Shown here piece after piece: positions 63,736 to 64,000 of a DNA stretch of 64,000 nt; within the stretch, counting starts at the first letter, position 1; each line of letters begins with the position of its first letter. Position numbers and translations under genes: made by a program. A model generated the notes under the pieces. That model did no database searches. It saw nothing but the letters and a program-made list of their open reading frames with translations, and was not told the DNA's origin. Location: assembly GCA_004555535.1 (NCBI GenBank), contig SFHU01000001.1, forward strand, positions 10,678 through 74,677, read 5' to 3'. Origin of the DNA: Clostridiales bacterium (lineage in GTDB: Bacteria > Bacillota > Clostridia > Christensenellales > Aristaeellaceae).

Positions 63736-64000
63736 AGCCCCGGGTCCAGGGCCACAGCCCTGGTCGTTTCGAGGGGGTAATGGGAGGTGCAGGAGGGTCT
63801 TAAGGGGGAGAATCGAAACGCCCCCTGACCCTCCTGCCCTGGGGTTTGGGGAATGGAATTCCCCAACGTTTCCCCGGCAGCTTTCAAAGCAGCATTCCTT
63901 ATAGAAATTCGCGTTTAAATTCTTGCTTTGCAGATCAAACCCGTCTCAATCGTAGGCTGCTTCACATCCTGCTGTGAGACTACATTTTCTTTGATCTTAT
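63736..64000 (+). repeat. interspersed modular repeat, long form truncated by the window end (core 63939..63985)
   Basis: The left arm AGCCCCGGGTCCAGGGCCACAGCCCTGGTCGTTTCGAGGGGG is nearly identical to 31430..31470. Next come GGAGGGTC..GACCCTCC, GGGGAATGGAATTCCCC, an AT-rich stretch, and a core with a decayed 3' arm. Confidence 0.8.

Overview
High-GC (roughly two-thirds G+C by eye), gene-dense chromosomal segment that looks like a spore-forming Clostridia genome; this taxonomic guess rests on a GerA-type germination operon, soj-spo0J and Firmicute-type RBS/promoters. I support 58 protein genes, with starts re-picked by RBS because many track ORFs are over-extended or are antisense shadows. They include a partial GH13 glycosidase, a vWA protein next to a macro-domain protein, phnDCEE plus a 5'-nucleotidase, and an adh-flavin reductase-aminotransferase operon. 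There is also a large secreted protein with a TTPPT(A/S)GE repeat and four peptidoglycan-binding domains, a GH42 beta-galactosidase, and a cobalamin-riboswitch-controlled BtuFCD-like transporter. Further genes are two tandem GT-C (ArnT/PMT-like) membrane glycosyltransferases plus a third possible one, rluA, rsmF, a GH65 phosphorylase, deoD, ybaK, dppA, soj/spo0J, tldD/pmbA, a split thrE, kduI/kduD-like, a gerA-type operon, metNIQ, an M20 amidohydrolase, a TRIC channel and a C39-like peptidase. I saw no rRNA, tRNA, CRISPR array, transposase or integrase. The most unusual signal is non-coding. A modular, hairpin-rich interspersed repeat family has 11 full 48-nt cores plus fragments, about 2.7 kb by my manual tally. 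It fills most longer intergenic gaps, shows compensatory stem changes, and usually starts just after the stop codon of the upstream gene. It also sits inside operons (phnD|phnC, soj|spo0J, gerAB|gerAC). I do not recognise it as a named family; on one strand its core resembles a REP hairpin with a GTAG head, on the other a solitary CRISPR-like repeat. The second-best lead is a well-formed candidate type I toxin-antitoxin locus upstream of deoD: a 29-aa hydrophobic peptide with a sequestered SD and a convergent antisense promoter. All product calls come from motif recognition by eye, with no database search.
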